In this document: one piece after another, positions 29,265 through 38,916 of the stretch
Layout: every line of letters starts with the position of its first letter
How positions within the stretch are numbered: the stretch's first letter is position 1
DNA from: an uncultured delta proteobacterium
GTDB taxonomy: Bacteria; Myxococcota_A; UBA9160; UBA4427
Reading direction: 5' to 3'
Length of the DNA: 64,000 nt
NCBI GenBank assembly: GCA_963822965.1
Contig: CAWGJT010000011.1
Coordinates: forward strand, 32,001-96,000
The notes under the pieces: generated by a model
Told to the model about the DNA's origin: nothing
Databases searched by the model: none
Seen by the model: the letters and a program-made list of their open reading frames with translations, nothing else
Program-made: the position numbers and the translations under genes

Positions 29265-30173
29265 GTGGGTCTGCGATCGATCCGCGAGATCCTCGATCGC
29301 CACGGCCTGCGGCTGCAGCGCGACCTGGGCCAGAACTTCCTCGTCGAGGACGACATCGCCCTGCGCCTGGCGCAGCGGTCCGGCGTCGAGGCCGGCGACG
29401 CCGTGATCGAGATCGGGACCGGGCTGGGCGTGCTGACCCGCCAGCTGGCCCGGCGCGCCGCATGGGTGACCAGCATCGAGATCGACTCGGGGATCGTCGC
29501 CGCGCTGCGGGCCGAAGCGCTGCTGCCGGACAACGTCGAGCTCCTGCACGCGGACGCCCTGGACGTCGACCTGGCGGCCCTGGCGGAGCGCCTGTCGCGG
29601 CCGGCCCCGGGCCCCAGCGGCCCGGACGCCCGGCCGCGCCCGGTGCGTCTGGTGGCGAACCTCCCGTACTCGGTGGCGAGCCCGCTGCTGCGCAGGCTGA
29701 TCGACCTGCGGCATCGGCTGGCGGACTGGTCGGTCATGCTCCAGCGCGAGCTGGCGGAGCGGCTCGTCGCCGAGCCGGGCACGAAGGACTACGGGTCGCT
29801 GACGGTGCTGCACCGGCTGGTGGCGGACGTCTCCCGGGAGCTCGACCTCAAGCCCGGCTGCTTCTTCCCGGCGCCGAAGGTCGAGTCGAGCTTCGTTCGC
29901 CTGTTTCCCCGGGCCGATTCGCCGGTGACCGACGAGGAGCTGCCCTGGCTCGAGACGGTTCTCCGGGCGGTCTTCAACCAGCGGCGGAAGACCATCCTCA
30001 ACGGGCTGCGAGGCGGCGGGCTGCCCCAGAGCGGCGACCGGGAAGCCCTGCTTCGAGCCCTCGAGACCGCCGGCATCCCCCCCGGCGAGCGCGCCGAGAA
30101 GCTCGCTCCGGAGACCCTGCTGGCCCTGGCCCGGGCCCTGGGCGACGGGAGCCCGAAGGGCTCCCTCCGCTAG
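29265..30173 (+). CDS. rsmA: 16S rRNA dimethyltransferase RsmA/KsgA
   Basis: LGQNFL, EIGTGLGVLT, VANLPY, MLQRE, PAPKVES, QRRKT. GTG start chosen just outside the MITE (the ATG at 29199 lies inside it). Confidence 0.93.
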   Translation: MGLRSIREILDRHGLRLQRDLGQNFLVEDDIALRLAQRSGVEAGDAVIEIGTGLGVLTRQLARRAAWVTSIEIDSGIVAALRAEALLPDNVELLHADALDVDLAALAERLSRPAPGPSGPDARPRPVRLVANLPYSVASPLLRRLIDLRHRLADWSVMLQRELAERLVAEPGTKDYGSLTVLHRLVADVSRELDLKPGCFFPAPKVESSFVRLFPRADSPVTDEELPWLETVLRAVFNQRRKTILNGLRGGGLPQSGDREALLRALETAGIPPGERAEKLAPETLLALARALGDGSPKGSLR

Positions 30174-30235
30174 CAGGCCGACCCGGAACGGTCGGCTCGC
30201 GCCGCAAAGGGAGCCCGAAGGGCTCCCTCCGCTAG
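30147..30235. repeat. Pair of identical 27-bp palindromic REP-like units
   Basis: GGGAGCCC-GAA-GGGCTCCC-TCCGCTAG at 30147-30173 and 30209-30235. The 35-bp linker contains its own hairpin GCCGACC/GGTCGGC. Confidence 0.85.
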
Positions 30236-30246
30236 GCTTCCCGGCG

Positions 30247-30525
30247 ATGGAAGCCTCCGAGATCCTCGCGGCGCTGCTCGACCTGGCCCGCGAGGCGGGG
30301 CTCGAGGTCCGGCCGGTGGGCCGTTCGGGCCTCGAGGCCGAGGAGGTACCACCGGGCAGTGCGGTCTGTCGGGTGCGCGGCGCCATCTGGGTGATGCTCT
30401 CCAGCGCCGACCCGGTGGCGATCCAGCTCGAGGTGCTGGCCGAGGCCCTGCGCCGGCACGCCCCCTCGCTGATCGAGGAGCGCCATCTGCCCCCGGCGGT
30501 CCGGGCGCTGCTCGAGGGTCCGTGA
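30247..30525 (+). CDS. Small hypothetical protein (92 aa)
   Basis: ATG start, host-like codon usage and protein-like composition. No family recognised. Confidence 0.6.
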   Translation: MEASEILAALLDLAREAGLEVRPVGRSGLEAEEVPPGSAVCRVRGAIWVMLSSADPVAIQLEVLAEALRRHAPSLIEERHLPPAVRALLEGP

Positions 30526-30577
30526 CCGGGGTCCGCGGCGCGCTTCGCCCCGCGGGTCCGGGGGGGCCCGGGATTGC

Positions 30578-30607
30578 TTGACCTCGCGCGCGCGCCGGGG
30601 GTACATT
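30578..30607 (+). promoter_or_regulatory. Putative sigma70 promoter of the panBCD operon
   Basis: TTGACC-N18-TACATT. Confidence 0.55.
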
Positions 30608-30649
30608 CCGCCCGTTCGAGGGGTCTCGTACAGTGCGAACTCCATCGGA

Positions 30650-30854
30650 CGAAAAACCTCGCCCGGGTGTAGCCGCCCCGGCAGACGGAAGAGCAGAGTC
30701 GACACCTTTCACTCGCCCGGAATCGCTCGGATCCGCAGCTGCAGACCGAGACGGGGGTGACGAGAGAAGGTGGGTCGCCGACGCTTCACTGGCTTCCCCT
30801 CCCTCCTTGTGCACCTCCGGGTGAAACCCGGAAGGTTTCTTCTTTCGTTCTTTT
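30650..30854 (+). ncRNA. Structured panB leader, candidate pan RNA motif with intrinsic terminator
   Basis: About 290-nt non-coding leader with two stem-loops each containing AGACGG, then a hairpin plus U-tract before panB. Confidence 0.55.
30813..30854 (+). terminator. Intrinsic terminator/attenuator upstream of panB
   Basis: ACCTCCGGGT-GAA-ACCCGGAAGGT followed by TTCTTCTTTCGTTCTTTT. Confidence 0.75.
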
Positions 30855-30900
30855 GATCTGATCGTGGATGCGCGGCTGGACCGGGGAAGGAGATCCCCTG

Positions 30901-31731
30901 ATGTCCACCATCACCACGGCTTCCGCCCAGCGGGAGCATCGCGTCACGGTTCGCTCCCTGGCCGCACGCAAGCGCCGCGGCGAGCGCATCACCATGCTCA
31001 CCGCCTACGACTTCACGTTCGCTCGCATCTTCGAGACGGCGGGAATCGACCTGATCCTGGTGGGCGACTCCCTGGGCAACGTCGTGCAGGGAGCCGACAC
31101 CACGCTCCCGGTGACCCTGGACGAGATGATCTATCACACCCGGCTGGTGGCGCGGGGGCTCTCGCGGGCCATGGTGATCGGCGACATGCCGTTCGGCAGC
31201 TACCAGGTGGGCCCGGAGGACGCGGTCCGCAGCGCGATCCGTCTCGTGAAGGAGGGCGGCGCCCAGGCCGTCAAGCTCGAGGGTGGACGCCACGTCGCGC
31301 CGGCCATCGAGCGCATCGTCGCCGCCGAGATCCCGGTGATGGGTCACGTCGGGCTCACGCCCCAGGCGGTGAACCGGATGGGCGGCTTCCGGGTGCAGGG
31401 GCGCGGTGAGAAGAGCCGCACCCGCGTCATCGAGGACGCCCTGGCGGTACAGCAGGCCGGCGCCTTCGCAGTGGTGCTCGAGGGGGTGCCGGCGGCGCTG
31501 GCCTCGGAGATCACCCGGCGGCTCGAGATCCCCACGATCGGCATCGGTGCCGGGCCCGGCTGCGACGGGCAGGTGCTGGTGATGCACGACCTGCTGGGGC
31601 TGAACGAGTGGACCCCCTCCTTCGTCAAGCAGTACGCGAGCCTGGGCGCGGTGGCGACCCAGGCCGCACGGGCCTTCGCCGAGGAAGTGACGAACGGCAA
31701 GTTCCCCGACGAAGAGCACAGCTACCGGTAG
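30901..31731 (+). CDS. panB: 3-methyl-2-oxobutanoate hydroxymethyltransferase
   Basis: MLTAYD, LVGDSLG, DMPFGSY, VKLEGG, GHVGLTPQ, GQVLVMHD. Confidence 0.97.
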   Translation: MSTITTASAQREHRVTVRSLAARKRRGERITMLTAYDFTFARIFETAGIDLILVGDSLGNVVQGADTTLPVTLDEMIYHTRLVARGLSRAMVIGDMPFGSYQVGPEDAVRSAIRLVKEGGAQAVKLEGGRHVAPAIERIVAAEIPVMGHVGLTPQAVNRMGGFRVQGRGEKSRTRVIEDALAVQQAGAFAVVLEGVPAALASEITRRLEIPTIGIGAGPGCDGQVLVMHDLLGLNEWTPSFVKQYASLGAVATQAARAFAEEVTNGKFPDEEHSYR

Positions 31732-31758
31732 CCGGCGGCGGCTCGGGATCCCGGAACC

Positions 31759-32643
31759 ATGCAGATCGTCGAATCTCGCAAGGAGCTGCAGCTCCTCGTC
31801 GATGCGGAGCGAGCCGCGGGCCGGCGCCTGGCGCTGGTCCCGACCATGGGCGCGCTCCACGCCGGTCACCTCTCCCTCGTCGACGAAGCGCGCAAGCGGG
31901 CGGACCGGGTGTGGGTGTCGATCTTCGTGAACCCCACCCAGTTCGACCAGGCGCAGGACTTCGCGGGCTATCCCCGGGAGCTGGAGCGCGACGTGGAACG
32001 GTGTCGCGAGGCGGGAGTCGACGGGGTCTACGCCCCGTCGGTCGACGACCTGTACCCGGCGGGTGCCCAGACCTGGGTCGAGGTGGACGCGCTCGCGCGA
32101 CCGCTCTGCGGCGCCTCGCGCCCCGGCCACTTCCGGGGCGTCACCACCGTCGTCTGCAAGCTCCTGCTGGCCGCGAAGCCCCACGTCGCGGTCTTCGGCC
32201 AGAAGGACTTCCAGCAGGTGGCCGTCATCCGGCGCATGGTGCGCGACCTGGGATTCGACGTGGAGATCGTGGCGGCGCCCATCGTGCGCGAGCCCGACGG
32301 GGTCGCGTTGTCGAGCCGCAACGTGCGGCTCGGTCCCGAGGCCAGGCGTCAGGCGGTGGCCCTGGTTCGAGCCCTGGACGCCGCCGAGGCGGCGACGGCC
32401 GCGGGCGAGCGGCGCAGCGCGGCGATCCTCGAGGAGGTGCGGCGGGAGCTCGCCCGGGCCTCCCAGGCCAGCGTCGACTACGCGGAGCTGCGCGATCCCG
32501 ACAGCCTGGAGACGGCTCCCGACGAGCTGTCGGGCACCACCCTGCTGGCGCTCGCCGTCCACTTCGCTCCGGACCCGTCCGGGGCGGGCGCGCCGGTGCG
32601 CCTCATCGACAACCGCCTGCTCGTCTGCAGCGAGAGGAAGTGA
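31759..32643 (+). CDS. panC: Pantoate--beta-alanine ligase
   Basis: VPTMGALHAGH, SIFVNPTQF, RPGHFRGV, FGQKDFQQ, LSSRN, RLIDN. Confidence 0.97.
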   Translation: MQIVESRKELQLLVDAERAAGRRLALVPTMGALHAGHLSLVDEARKRADRVWVSIFVNPTQFDQAQDFAGYPRELERDVERCREAGVDGVYAPSVDDLYPAGAQTWVEVDALARPLCGASRPGHFRGVTTVVCKLLLAAKPHVAVFGQKDFQQVAVIRRMVRDLGFDVEIVAAPIVREPDGVALSSRNVRLGPEARRQAVALVRALDAAEAATAAGERRSAAILEEVRRELARASQASVDYAELRDPDSLETAPDELSGTTLLALAVHFAPDPSGAGAPVRLIDNRLLVCSERK

Positions 32644-32688
32644 CGGGGCAGGGCGCCCCGCGCCCCGCGACCCCCTGTGGAGAACCCC

Positions 32689-33039
32689 ATGACCCGCACC
32701 ATGCTCAAGTCGAAGATCCACCGCGCCACGGTGACCGAGGCCAACGTCGAGTACGAGGGCAGCGTGACCATCGACCGCAATCTGCTGGAGGCCGCGGATC
32801 TGCTGCCCTACGAGCGGGTGGACATCTGGAACTGCACGAACGGCAACCGGCTCAGCACCTACGTGATCGAGGGCGAGCGCGGCTCCGGCGAGATCTGCAT
32901 CAACGGCGCGGCCGCGCACCTGATGAAGCCCGGCGACAAGGTGATCATCGCGAGCTTCGTCCAGGTGGAGGAGTCCCGGGCCCGGCTCTGGGACGCCCGG
33001 CGCGTCTTCGTCGACGACCACAACGACATCCGGGACTGA
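32689..33039 (+). CDS. panD: Aspartate 1-decarboxylase
   Basis: [16 protein letters not shown] (self-cleavage site), NGAAA. Confidence 0.97.
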   Translation: MTRTMLKSKIHRATVTEANVEYEGSVTIDRNLLEAADLLPYERVDIWNCTNGNRLSTYVIEGERGSGEICINGAAAHLMKPGDKVIIASFVQVEESRARLWDARRVFVDDHNDIRD

Positions 33040-33079
33040 CGGGCGCCCTGCTACGCTCCGCGCAGGGGGTGCGTCGCCC

Positions 33080-33583
33080 GTGGCGAGCAGGAAGGCGAAG
33101 GGCAAGCAGGCAGCGGGCGCCCGGCCCGTCGCCACGAATCGTCGCGCGCGTTACGACTACGAGATCCTCGAGACGGTCGAGGCGGGCATCGCGCTTCTCG
33201 GTCCGGAGGTGAAGGCCCTGCGCGAGGGCCGCGCCAACCTGCGCGAGGCGTACGCCTCGATCCGCGACGGCGAGGTCCTCCTCCAGCAGCTCCACATCTC
33301 GCCCTACGAGCCCGCCACCCGGGCCAATCCCGAAGATCCAACCCGGGACCGCAAGCTGCTCCTGCACCGCGGGGAGATCCGGAAGCTCGCCGGACGCGTC
33401 GCCGAACGGGGCCTCACCCTGGTGCCGCTCTCGATCTACTTCAAGGACGGCCGGGCCAAGGTCGAGCTGGCCCTGGCCCGCGGCAAGCACACCTACGACA
33501 AGCGCGCGGCGCTCCGGGAGCGCGAGGACCAGGAGGCGACGCGGCGGGCCCTGCGCGCACGGGGCGGAGCGCACCGGGATTGA
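33080..33583 (+). CDS. smpB: SsrA-binding protein SmpB
   Basis: NRRARYDY, EAGIALLGPEVKALR, RKLLLHR, GKHTYDKR. Confidence 0.97.
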   Translation: MASRKAKGKQAAGARPVATNRRARYDYEILETVEAGIALLGPEVKALREGRANLREAYASIRDGEVLLQQLHISPYEPATRANPEDPTRDRKLLLHRGEIRKLAGRVAERGLTLVPLSIYFKDGRAKVELALARGKHTYDKRAALREREDQEATRRALRARGGAHRD

Positions 33584-34905
33584 CCGCCACCGCGCGCGCC
33601 CTGCTGCTCGTGCTGCTGATGGGTTCGGTCGGCTGCGCGGGGTGGGGGGGTGTGCGGGAGGACGCGGCGGCGAACGCGGCGACCGTCGCTCCCTACCACC
33701 CCGATCGGCGCGACTACCTGGCCTTCCGCGAGGCCTATCCGGACGTGCTCGAGCCGAACTACCTGCCCTTCATGGTGCACCGCATGCCGGGGGACGCCGC
33801 CACCGGCGACGTGCTCGTCTTCTGCCGCTGGCCCGACGAAGCCATGCCGTTGCCGGTCTACATCGACGAAGCGGTGATTCCGGACGCCATGCAGGACGAG
33901 TTCGATCCGGTGGATCCGGCCCGCTTCACCGCCGCCGTCGAGCGGGCCCTCGCCACCTGGGAGAAGGAGCTGGAGGGTCTGGTGTCGTTCCGGCGGGTGG
34001 CGACGCCCGGCGAGGCGCTGCTGCGCCTGCGCGTGCTCGCCGAGGAGGCGCCGTCACCGGAGCCCGCGATCCGGGTGCTGGGAACCACCGAGGCGGTTCG
34101 ACGCGCCTGTCGGTCCCATGGCTGGGACCCGGACTCCGAGCGCATGGAGGTGACCTTCACCGTTCCCGAGACGATCGTCTACGCGGCGGACGAGTTCGGC
34201 CTGCTGACGGCTTCCCAGGTGGAGGCCATCGCACTGCACGAGATCGGTCACGCCCTGGGCATGTTGGGCCACAGCCCCGTTCCCACGGACCTGATGTACC
34301 GGTCCCTCGACGAGCGCGGGGCGATCCCGACGCTGTCGGACGCGGACGTGAACTCCTTCGTGTCGCTCTACCAGCTTCCCAACGGCACCCACTACGGCCA
34401 CGTGCAGCCGGGCGGCCCCTCGCCGCGCCCGGATCCGGGTCCTCCCAGCGGCGGTCCCCAGCTGGCGCTCGCCCCCCACGTGGATTCGCGACTGGGGTTC
34501 GAGGTGCGCACCCCCGCCGGCTGGCTGCGCGCCGCGCACGCCCACGGCCTCTTCATGGCGAACGGCCCGATCTGGGATCACGACGTCTCCTTCGAGATCT
34601 TCGTGTGGCCGGTTCCCAGCGTGGAGGAATATCTCGAGCGATTCGGCGAGGGGCTCTTCGCCGGGACCTGGAGGCGTTACAGTGCGCCGACGGAGGTGGC
34701 GTCCCGGCCCGCGCTGGAGGTGGCGGTGGAGGACCCCAGCGGCCGCGACGCGCTCGACTTCTTCTTCGTCGAGCTCGGCGACGGTCGTGTGATGATGATC
34801 CTCACGGAGTCGCCGGTGGCGGTCGAAAAGGCCTGGCGGCCCTGGTTCCGGGCGGTGCTCGAGTCCCTCGAGATCTGGGACGCCAAGGGACGCAAGGCGC
34901 GGTAG
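33580..34905 (+). CDS. Matrixin-family zinc metalloprotease lipoprotein with a C-terminal PsbP-like domain
   Basis: Lipobox VGC, HEIGHALGMLGHS, Met-turn DLMY. C-terminal domain call is tentative. Confidence 0.8.
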   Translation: MTATARALLLVLLMGSVGCAGWGGVREDAAANAATVAPYHPDRRDYLAFREAYPDVLEPNYLPFMVHRMPGDAATGDVLVFCRWPDEAMPLPVYIDEAVIPDAMQDEFDPVDPARFTAAVERALATWEKELEGLVSFRRVATPGEALLRLRVLAEEAPSPEPAIRVLGTTEAVRRACRSHGWDPDSERMEVTFTVPETIVYAADEFGLLTASQVEAIALHEIGHALGMLGHSPVPTDLMYRSLDERGAIPTLSDADVNSFVSLYQLPNGTHYGHVQPGGPSPRPDPGPPSGGPQLALAPHVDSRLGFEVRTPAGWLRAAHAHGLFMANGPIWDHDVSFEIFVWPVPSVEEYLERFGEGLFAGTWRRYSAPTEVASRPALEVAVEDPSGRDALDFFFVELGDGRVMMILTESPVAVEKAWRPWFRAVLESLEIWDAKGRKAR

Positions 34906-34946
34906 GGTCCTCGAGCGAGCACGCGAACAGCCACGGGGGAAGGCCC

Positions 34947-35861
34947 TTGAGCGAGACTCAGGCAGCGACGAGCTACGAGATCCGGCCCCTGTCGGTGGCC
35001 GAGATCCTGGACGCCGGCTTCCAGCTGATGCGGAACCACTTCGTCCTGCTGGGCAGCCTGAGCCTCGTGGGACAGATCCCGACGATCCTGGTGACGAGCG
35101 CGTTCGCGTGGATGCTCGACCCGTTCTGGTTCCAGAAGGGGGAGATCCCCGAGATCGGCGCCACCTTCGTGCTGATCGTGGCGACGTGGCTGCTGGCCCT
35201 GCTGGTCGTGCTGCCCGTGGCGATCGGGGCGATCACGTCCGCCGTGGGCGATCTCTATCTCGGCGCGCCGCTCTCCATTCGCAGCTGCCTCGATCGCGGG
35301 CTGGCGCGCATGTTCCCGCTGATGATCACGTACGTGATCTTCTCGATCATCCTGATGGTGGCTGCGGGGCTGGCGATCGTCGGGCTGGGGGTGGTCGGAG
35401 GGATTCTCGGGGCGCTGCTGCAGAACTCGTCGCTCGGAGTCGCCCTGCTCATCGTCGCGATCCTGGCGGCCATTCCGGCCTTGTTCGCCCTGGCGGGGCT
35501 GATGACCCTGGTTCCCGGCGTGCTCGCCGCGGTGGTGGTGCTCGAGGGACGCTCCCTGTTCGACGCGGTGGCGCGTACGTTCACGCTGGTGCAGGCGGAG
35601 ATCGGCCGCCTCGTGGGGGTCGGGCTCGTGCTCTACATGCTGGTGATGATCATCCCGGCCGGAGTGCAGTTCACCGTGGGCGCGATCCCGATCGTGGGCG
35701 CGCTCGTGTGGGGGGCCGTGCAGGCCCTGTGTCAGGCCTACCTCTACACGACCTCCGTGGTGGCGTACTTCGACGTGCGTTGCCGGACCGAGTCCTTCGA
35801 CCTCGAGCATCTCGCCCAGCTCGTCGAGGGCAGCGAGCCGTCCGCGGTGCCGATCCGCTGA
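34947..35861 (+). CDS. Integral membrane protein of the MoxR/DUF58 cluster
   Basis: IRPLSVAEILDAGF N-terminus, about 6 TM segments, YFDVRCRTESFDL C-terminus. Confidence 0.8.
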   Translation: MSETQAATSYEIRPLSVAEILDAGFQLMRNHFVLLGSLSLVGQIPTILVTSAFAWMLDPFWFQKGEIPEIGATFVLIVATWLLALLVVLPVAIGAITSAVGDLYLGAPLSIRSCLDRGLARMFPLMITYVIFSIILMVAAGLAIVGLGVVGGILGALLQNSSLGVALLIVAILAAIPALFALAGLMTLVPGVLAAVVVLEGRSLFDAVARTFTLVQAEIGRLVGVGLVLYMLVMIIPAGVQFTVGAIPIVGALVWGAVQALCQAYLYTTSVVAYFDVRCRTESFDLEHLAQLVEGSEPSAVPIR

Positions 35862-36577
35862 TGCTCGACGTGCGGGTGCCCACCGTCGACGGCGTGCCGG
35901 GCCTGTCGGACGATCGCGCCCGGGAGCTCGCCGCGGAGATCCTGCGCCGCGCGGACTACGCGCACTATCGACGTCCGCCGACGCACCTCCAGGAGCTCGT
36001 CGACGCCCTGGCGGCCTGGCTGCGGCAGATCGCCGATTGGACACCCCAGTGGCTGGTCGATCTGTGGACCCGCTTCGGGTCGTGGCTCGAGGGCATGACG
36101 AAGGGGACGCTCGGCGACGACGCCGGGGTGGCCCTGCTGCGCCTCGCACTGGCGTTGGCCGTGCTGGGCATCCTCGGGGTGATCGCGGTGCGCACCGTGC
36201 GCGAGCTGCGCGCTCGGCGGGGGGCGCCCGGGGCGCTCGCCCGCGAGGCCGTGCTCGAAGGGCCGCGCTTCGTCGCGGAGGCGGACAGCCTGGCCCGTCA
36301 GGGCCACTTCCTCGAGGCGGCCCACCGCATCCAGCTCGCGAGCCTGCAGCTGCTGCTGCGCAAACGCTGGCTCGAGCTCGAGCGCTCCGACCCGAATCGC
36401 ACCCTGCGGCACCGGCTCGCGGACACCCGCCTGCCGGACGCCCTGCGCCAGCGCTTCCTCGCCCTGCTGGACCGGCTCGAGGGACGCTGGTTTCGCGACC
36501 GGGTCGAGGACCGGGAGCTCTACCGCGAATGGCGCGCGCTGCACGCCCGCATCGAATCCCTGCCGGAGAGTCGATGA
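35861..36577 (+). CDS. DUF4129-like membrane-anchored protein
   Basis: TGATG coupling, one TM, AEADSLARQGHFLEAA, cluster context. Confidence 0.65.
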   Translation: MLDVRVPTVDGVPGLSDDRARELAAEILRRADYAHYRRPPTHLQELVDALAAWLRQIADWTPQWLVDLWTRFGSWLEGMTKGTLGDDAGVALLRLALALAVLGILGVIAVRTVRELRARRGAPGALAREAVLEGPRFVAEADSLARQGHFLEAAHRIQLASLQLLLRKRWLELERSDPNRTLRHRLADTRLPDALRQRFLALLDRLEGRWFRDRVEDRELYREWRALHARIESLPESR

Positions 36578-37848
36578 GTCGCCGTGCCGCCATCGCCGTC
36601 GCCGTGATGGTCGTCCTCACGATCGTCAACGCCTTGTGGCCGCGGTCGCCGTCCCCCCTCACGAGCTCGAGCTTCGGCCGCGCCGGAGCCGGACACGGTG
36701 CGCTCTACGACCTGCTGTCGGAGACAGGGCTCTCCCGCGGCCGGAGCTTCGAGGCCGCCCGCCGTCTCGACGACGCCGGGACCCTGTGGTGGATCGATCC
36801 GGCCGGCGTCTGCGACGGCCGCATCGCGCGCAGCGGCATGGTGGACGTCCTGGACGCGGAGGACGTGGCGTGGCCCGCCGCGGCGTGGCTGCGGTCGGGT
36901 GGGGTCGGCGTCGTCTTCCTGCAGTCGGCGGACCCCGGCGGTCCCGTGCTGGCCCCCCAGGACGAGCTGGTGGAGTGCGACGCCATCGGGGGCATGGCCC
37001 TGCCCGGCCGCGTGCGCCTGCGCGCCGCGAGCGAGGCGACGGACGAAGCGGACGCAGACGACGATGCGGAGGACGCGCCGAGCGACGCGGCTCCCCCGAC
37101 GCCCACCCTCGTGGAGGGCTCGTTCGCTTCGCAGCCGCGCCGGCTGCCCCTCGACGACCCCTGGGTGTTCGAGGAGTCGTCCGACTGGCCCGTCGTCGCC
37201 CGCGCGCGCAAGCCCGATGGACCGGAGTGGCCCTTCGTGCTGGCGCGTCCCTTCGGCGAAGGGCTGCTCGTGGTCGTGGCCGACTCGGGCTTCACCCACA
37301 ACGCCTGGCTCGATGGCGAGGACGCCGCGCCGTTCGCGGTCGATCTGGTCCGATCCTTCGGCGAGCCCCGCTTCGACGAGCGCGAGCACGGCTTCCTGCC
37401 CGAGACCAGCGCGTTCCGCTACATCGCGAGCTCGGCGGCCCTGCCGGTCTACGTGGGTCTCGCCCTGCTGGGGGTGCTGCACGCCTGGCGGGGAAACGCG
37501 TTGCCGGCTCGCAGCGTGCCGGAGTTCGATCCGGCGACGCCGACCCTCGAGACGTACGTCACCTCGATGGCGGCCCTCTACGCCGGAACCCGCGACCACG
37601 CCCGGGTGCTGGAGCGCTACCGTGAGCTCACCGCATCGAGGCTCAAGCGACACTTCGGCCTGCCGCAGGAGGTGAGCCGCCGCGCGCTGGCCGAGCGCAT
37701 CGAGCGGGATCGACAGGGACGGCCCCGCCCCGGCGCCGGACGAGCGCCGCTGGCGGTGCTGACCGAGCCCCGCAGCGTGGGCACGGAGGCGGAGCTCGCG
37801 TCCGCCGTCGGAGAGCTCGACGCGCTCGTTTCGGAGGTGATCCATTGA
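36574..37848 (+). CDS. DUF4350-like protein
   Basis: ATGA overlap, N-terminal TM, GEGLLVVVADSGFTHNAWL, FDEREHG, position directly before MoxR. Confidence 0.7.
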   Translation: MSRRAAIAVAVMVVLTIVNALWPRSPSPLTSSSFGRAGAGHGALYDLLSETGLSRGRSFEAARRLDDAGTLWWIDPAGVCDGRIARSGMVDVLDAEDVAWPAAAWLRSGGVGVVFLQSADPGGPVLAPQDELVECDAIGGMALPGRVRLRAASEATDEADADDDAEDAPSDAAPPTPTLVEGSFASQPRRLPLDDPWVFEESSDWPVVARARKPDGPEWPFVLARPFGEGLLVVVADSGFTHNAWLDGEDAAPFAVDLVRSFGEPRFDEREHGFLPETSAFRYIASSAALPVYVGLALLGVLHAWRGNALPARSVPEFDPATPTLETYVTSMAALYAGTRDHARVLERYRELTASRLKRHFGLPQEVSRRALAERIERDRQGRPRPGAGRAPLAVLTEPRSVGTEAELASAVGELDALVSEVIH

Positions 37849-38822
37849 CCCAGGCACCCGCGCTCGACCTCGAGCCGGTTCGGATGCAGCACCGTGCGCT
37901 GTGCGAGCGCGTGTCCCGGACGGTCGTCGGTCAGGACGAAGCGGTCCGGCTCGCGACCATCACGCTGCTGTGCTCGGGGCACAGCCTGATCGAGGGCGTG
38001 CCGGGCGTCGCCAAGACGCTGCTGGTGCGGACCCTGGCGGCGGCGCTCGGCATGCGGTTCGGTCGCGTCCAGTTCACGCCGGACCTGATGCCGAGCGACA
38101 TCATCGGCACGCCGGTGCTCGACCCACGCGTGGGGGAGTTCCACTTCCGCCCCGGGCCCCTCTTCACCGACCTCCTGCTCGCCGACGAGATCAACCGCGC
38201 CTCCCCCAAGACCCAGGCGGCGCTGCTCGAGGCCATGCAGGAGCGCTTCGCGACCGTCGACGGAACCCGCCATCCCCTGGGCGACGCGTTCACCGTCTTC
38301 GCCACCCAGAACCCCGTGGAGCAGGAGGGCACCTACCCCCTGCCGGAGGCGGAGCTCGACCGCTTCCTCTTCAAGATCGTGGTGGACTATCCGGACGAAG
38401 CCCACGAGCGCGCGCTGCTGGCCCTGCATCACGCCGCGCCGGTCGACTCCCCGGCCAGCGACGCCGGCTCGCTCGAGCCGGTGATGCGCTTCGAGGACCT
38501 CGAGGCCAGCCGGGAGCTGGTGCGCCGGGTGATCGTGCGGGACGAGATCGTCGCCTATGTGTCCGAGCTGGTGCGCGGCACCCGGGCGGACTTCCAGTTC
38601 GCCCTGGGCGCCTCGCCCCGCGCCGGTCTGCTGCTGCTGCGGGCCGCCAAGGCCCAGGCCGCGCTCGAGGGCCGCGACTACGTGCTCCCCGAGGACGTGC
38701 AGAGCGTCTTCCTGCCCGCTCTCCGACACCGGGTGATCCTGGATCCCGCCTCGGAGGTGGAAGGGCTCACGCCCGACGCCGCCCTGGAGCGGACGCTCCG
38801 GACGGTGACCGTTCCGCGGTGA
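37845..38822 (+). CDS. MoxR-family AAA+ ATPase
   Basis: EGVPGVAKT, RVQFTPDLMPSDI, LLADEINRASPKTQAALLEAMQE, ATQNPVEQEGTYPLPEAELDRF. Confidence 0.96.
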   Translation: MTQAPALDLEPVRMQHRALCERVSRTVVGQDEAVRLATITLLCSGHSLIEGVPGVAKTLLVRTLAAALGMRFGRVQFTPDLMPSDIIGTPVLDPRVGEFHFRPGPLFTDLLLADEINRASPKTQAALLEAMQERFATVDGTRHPLGDAFTVFATQNPVEQEGTYPLPEAELDRFLFKIVVDYPDEAHERALLALHHAAPVDSPASDAGSLEPVMRFEDLEASRELVRRVIVRDEIVAYVSELVRGTRADFQFALGASPRAGLLLLRAAKAQAALEGRDYVLPEDVQSVFLPALRHRVILDPASEVEGLTPDAALERTLRTVTVPR

Positions 38823-38916
38823 CGGCCGCCGGCCCCGCCGCCGCCTCCCTGGGCCGCCGGCCCCGTCCCCGCCCCGTCCCTCGGCCGGCGACCGACTCGC
38901 CGGGTGGATCTTCGGC

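Noticed and set aside
30147..30235. Mini CRISPR array (27-bp palindromic repeat with a 35-bp spacer)
   Set aside because: Only two repeats, the first is part of rsmA coding sequence, the spacer is itself a hairpin, and there are no cas genes or leader.
30610..30850. 6S RNA or a leader peptide upstream of panB
   Set aside because: No long end-to-end rod with a central bubble that I could trace, and no convincing RBS-led short ORF.
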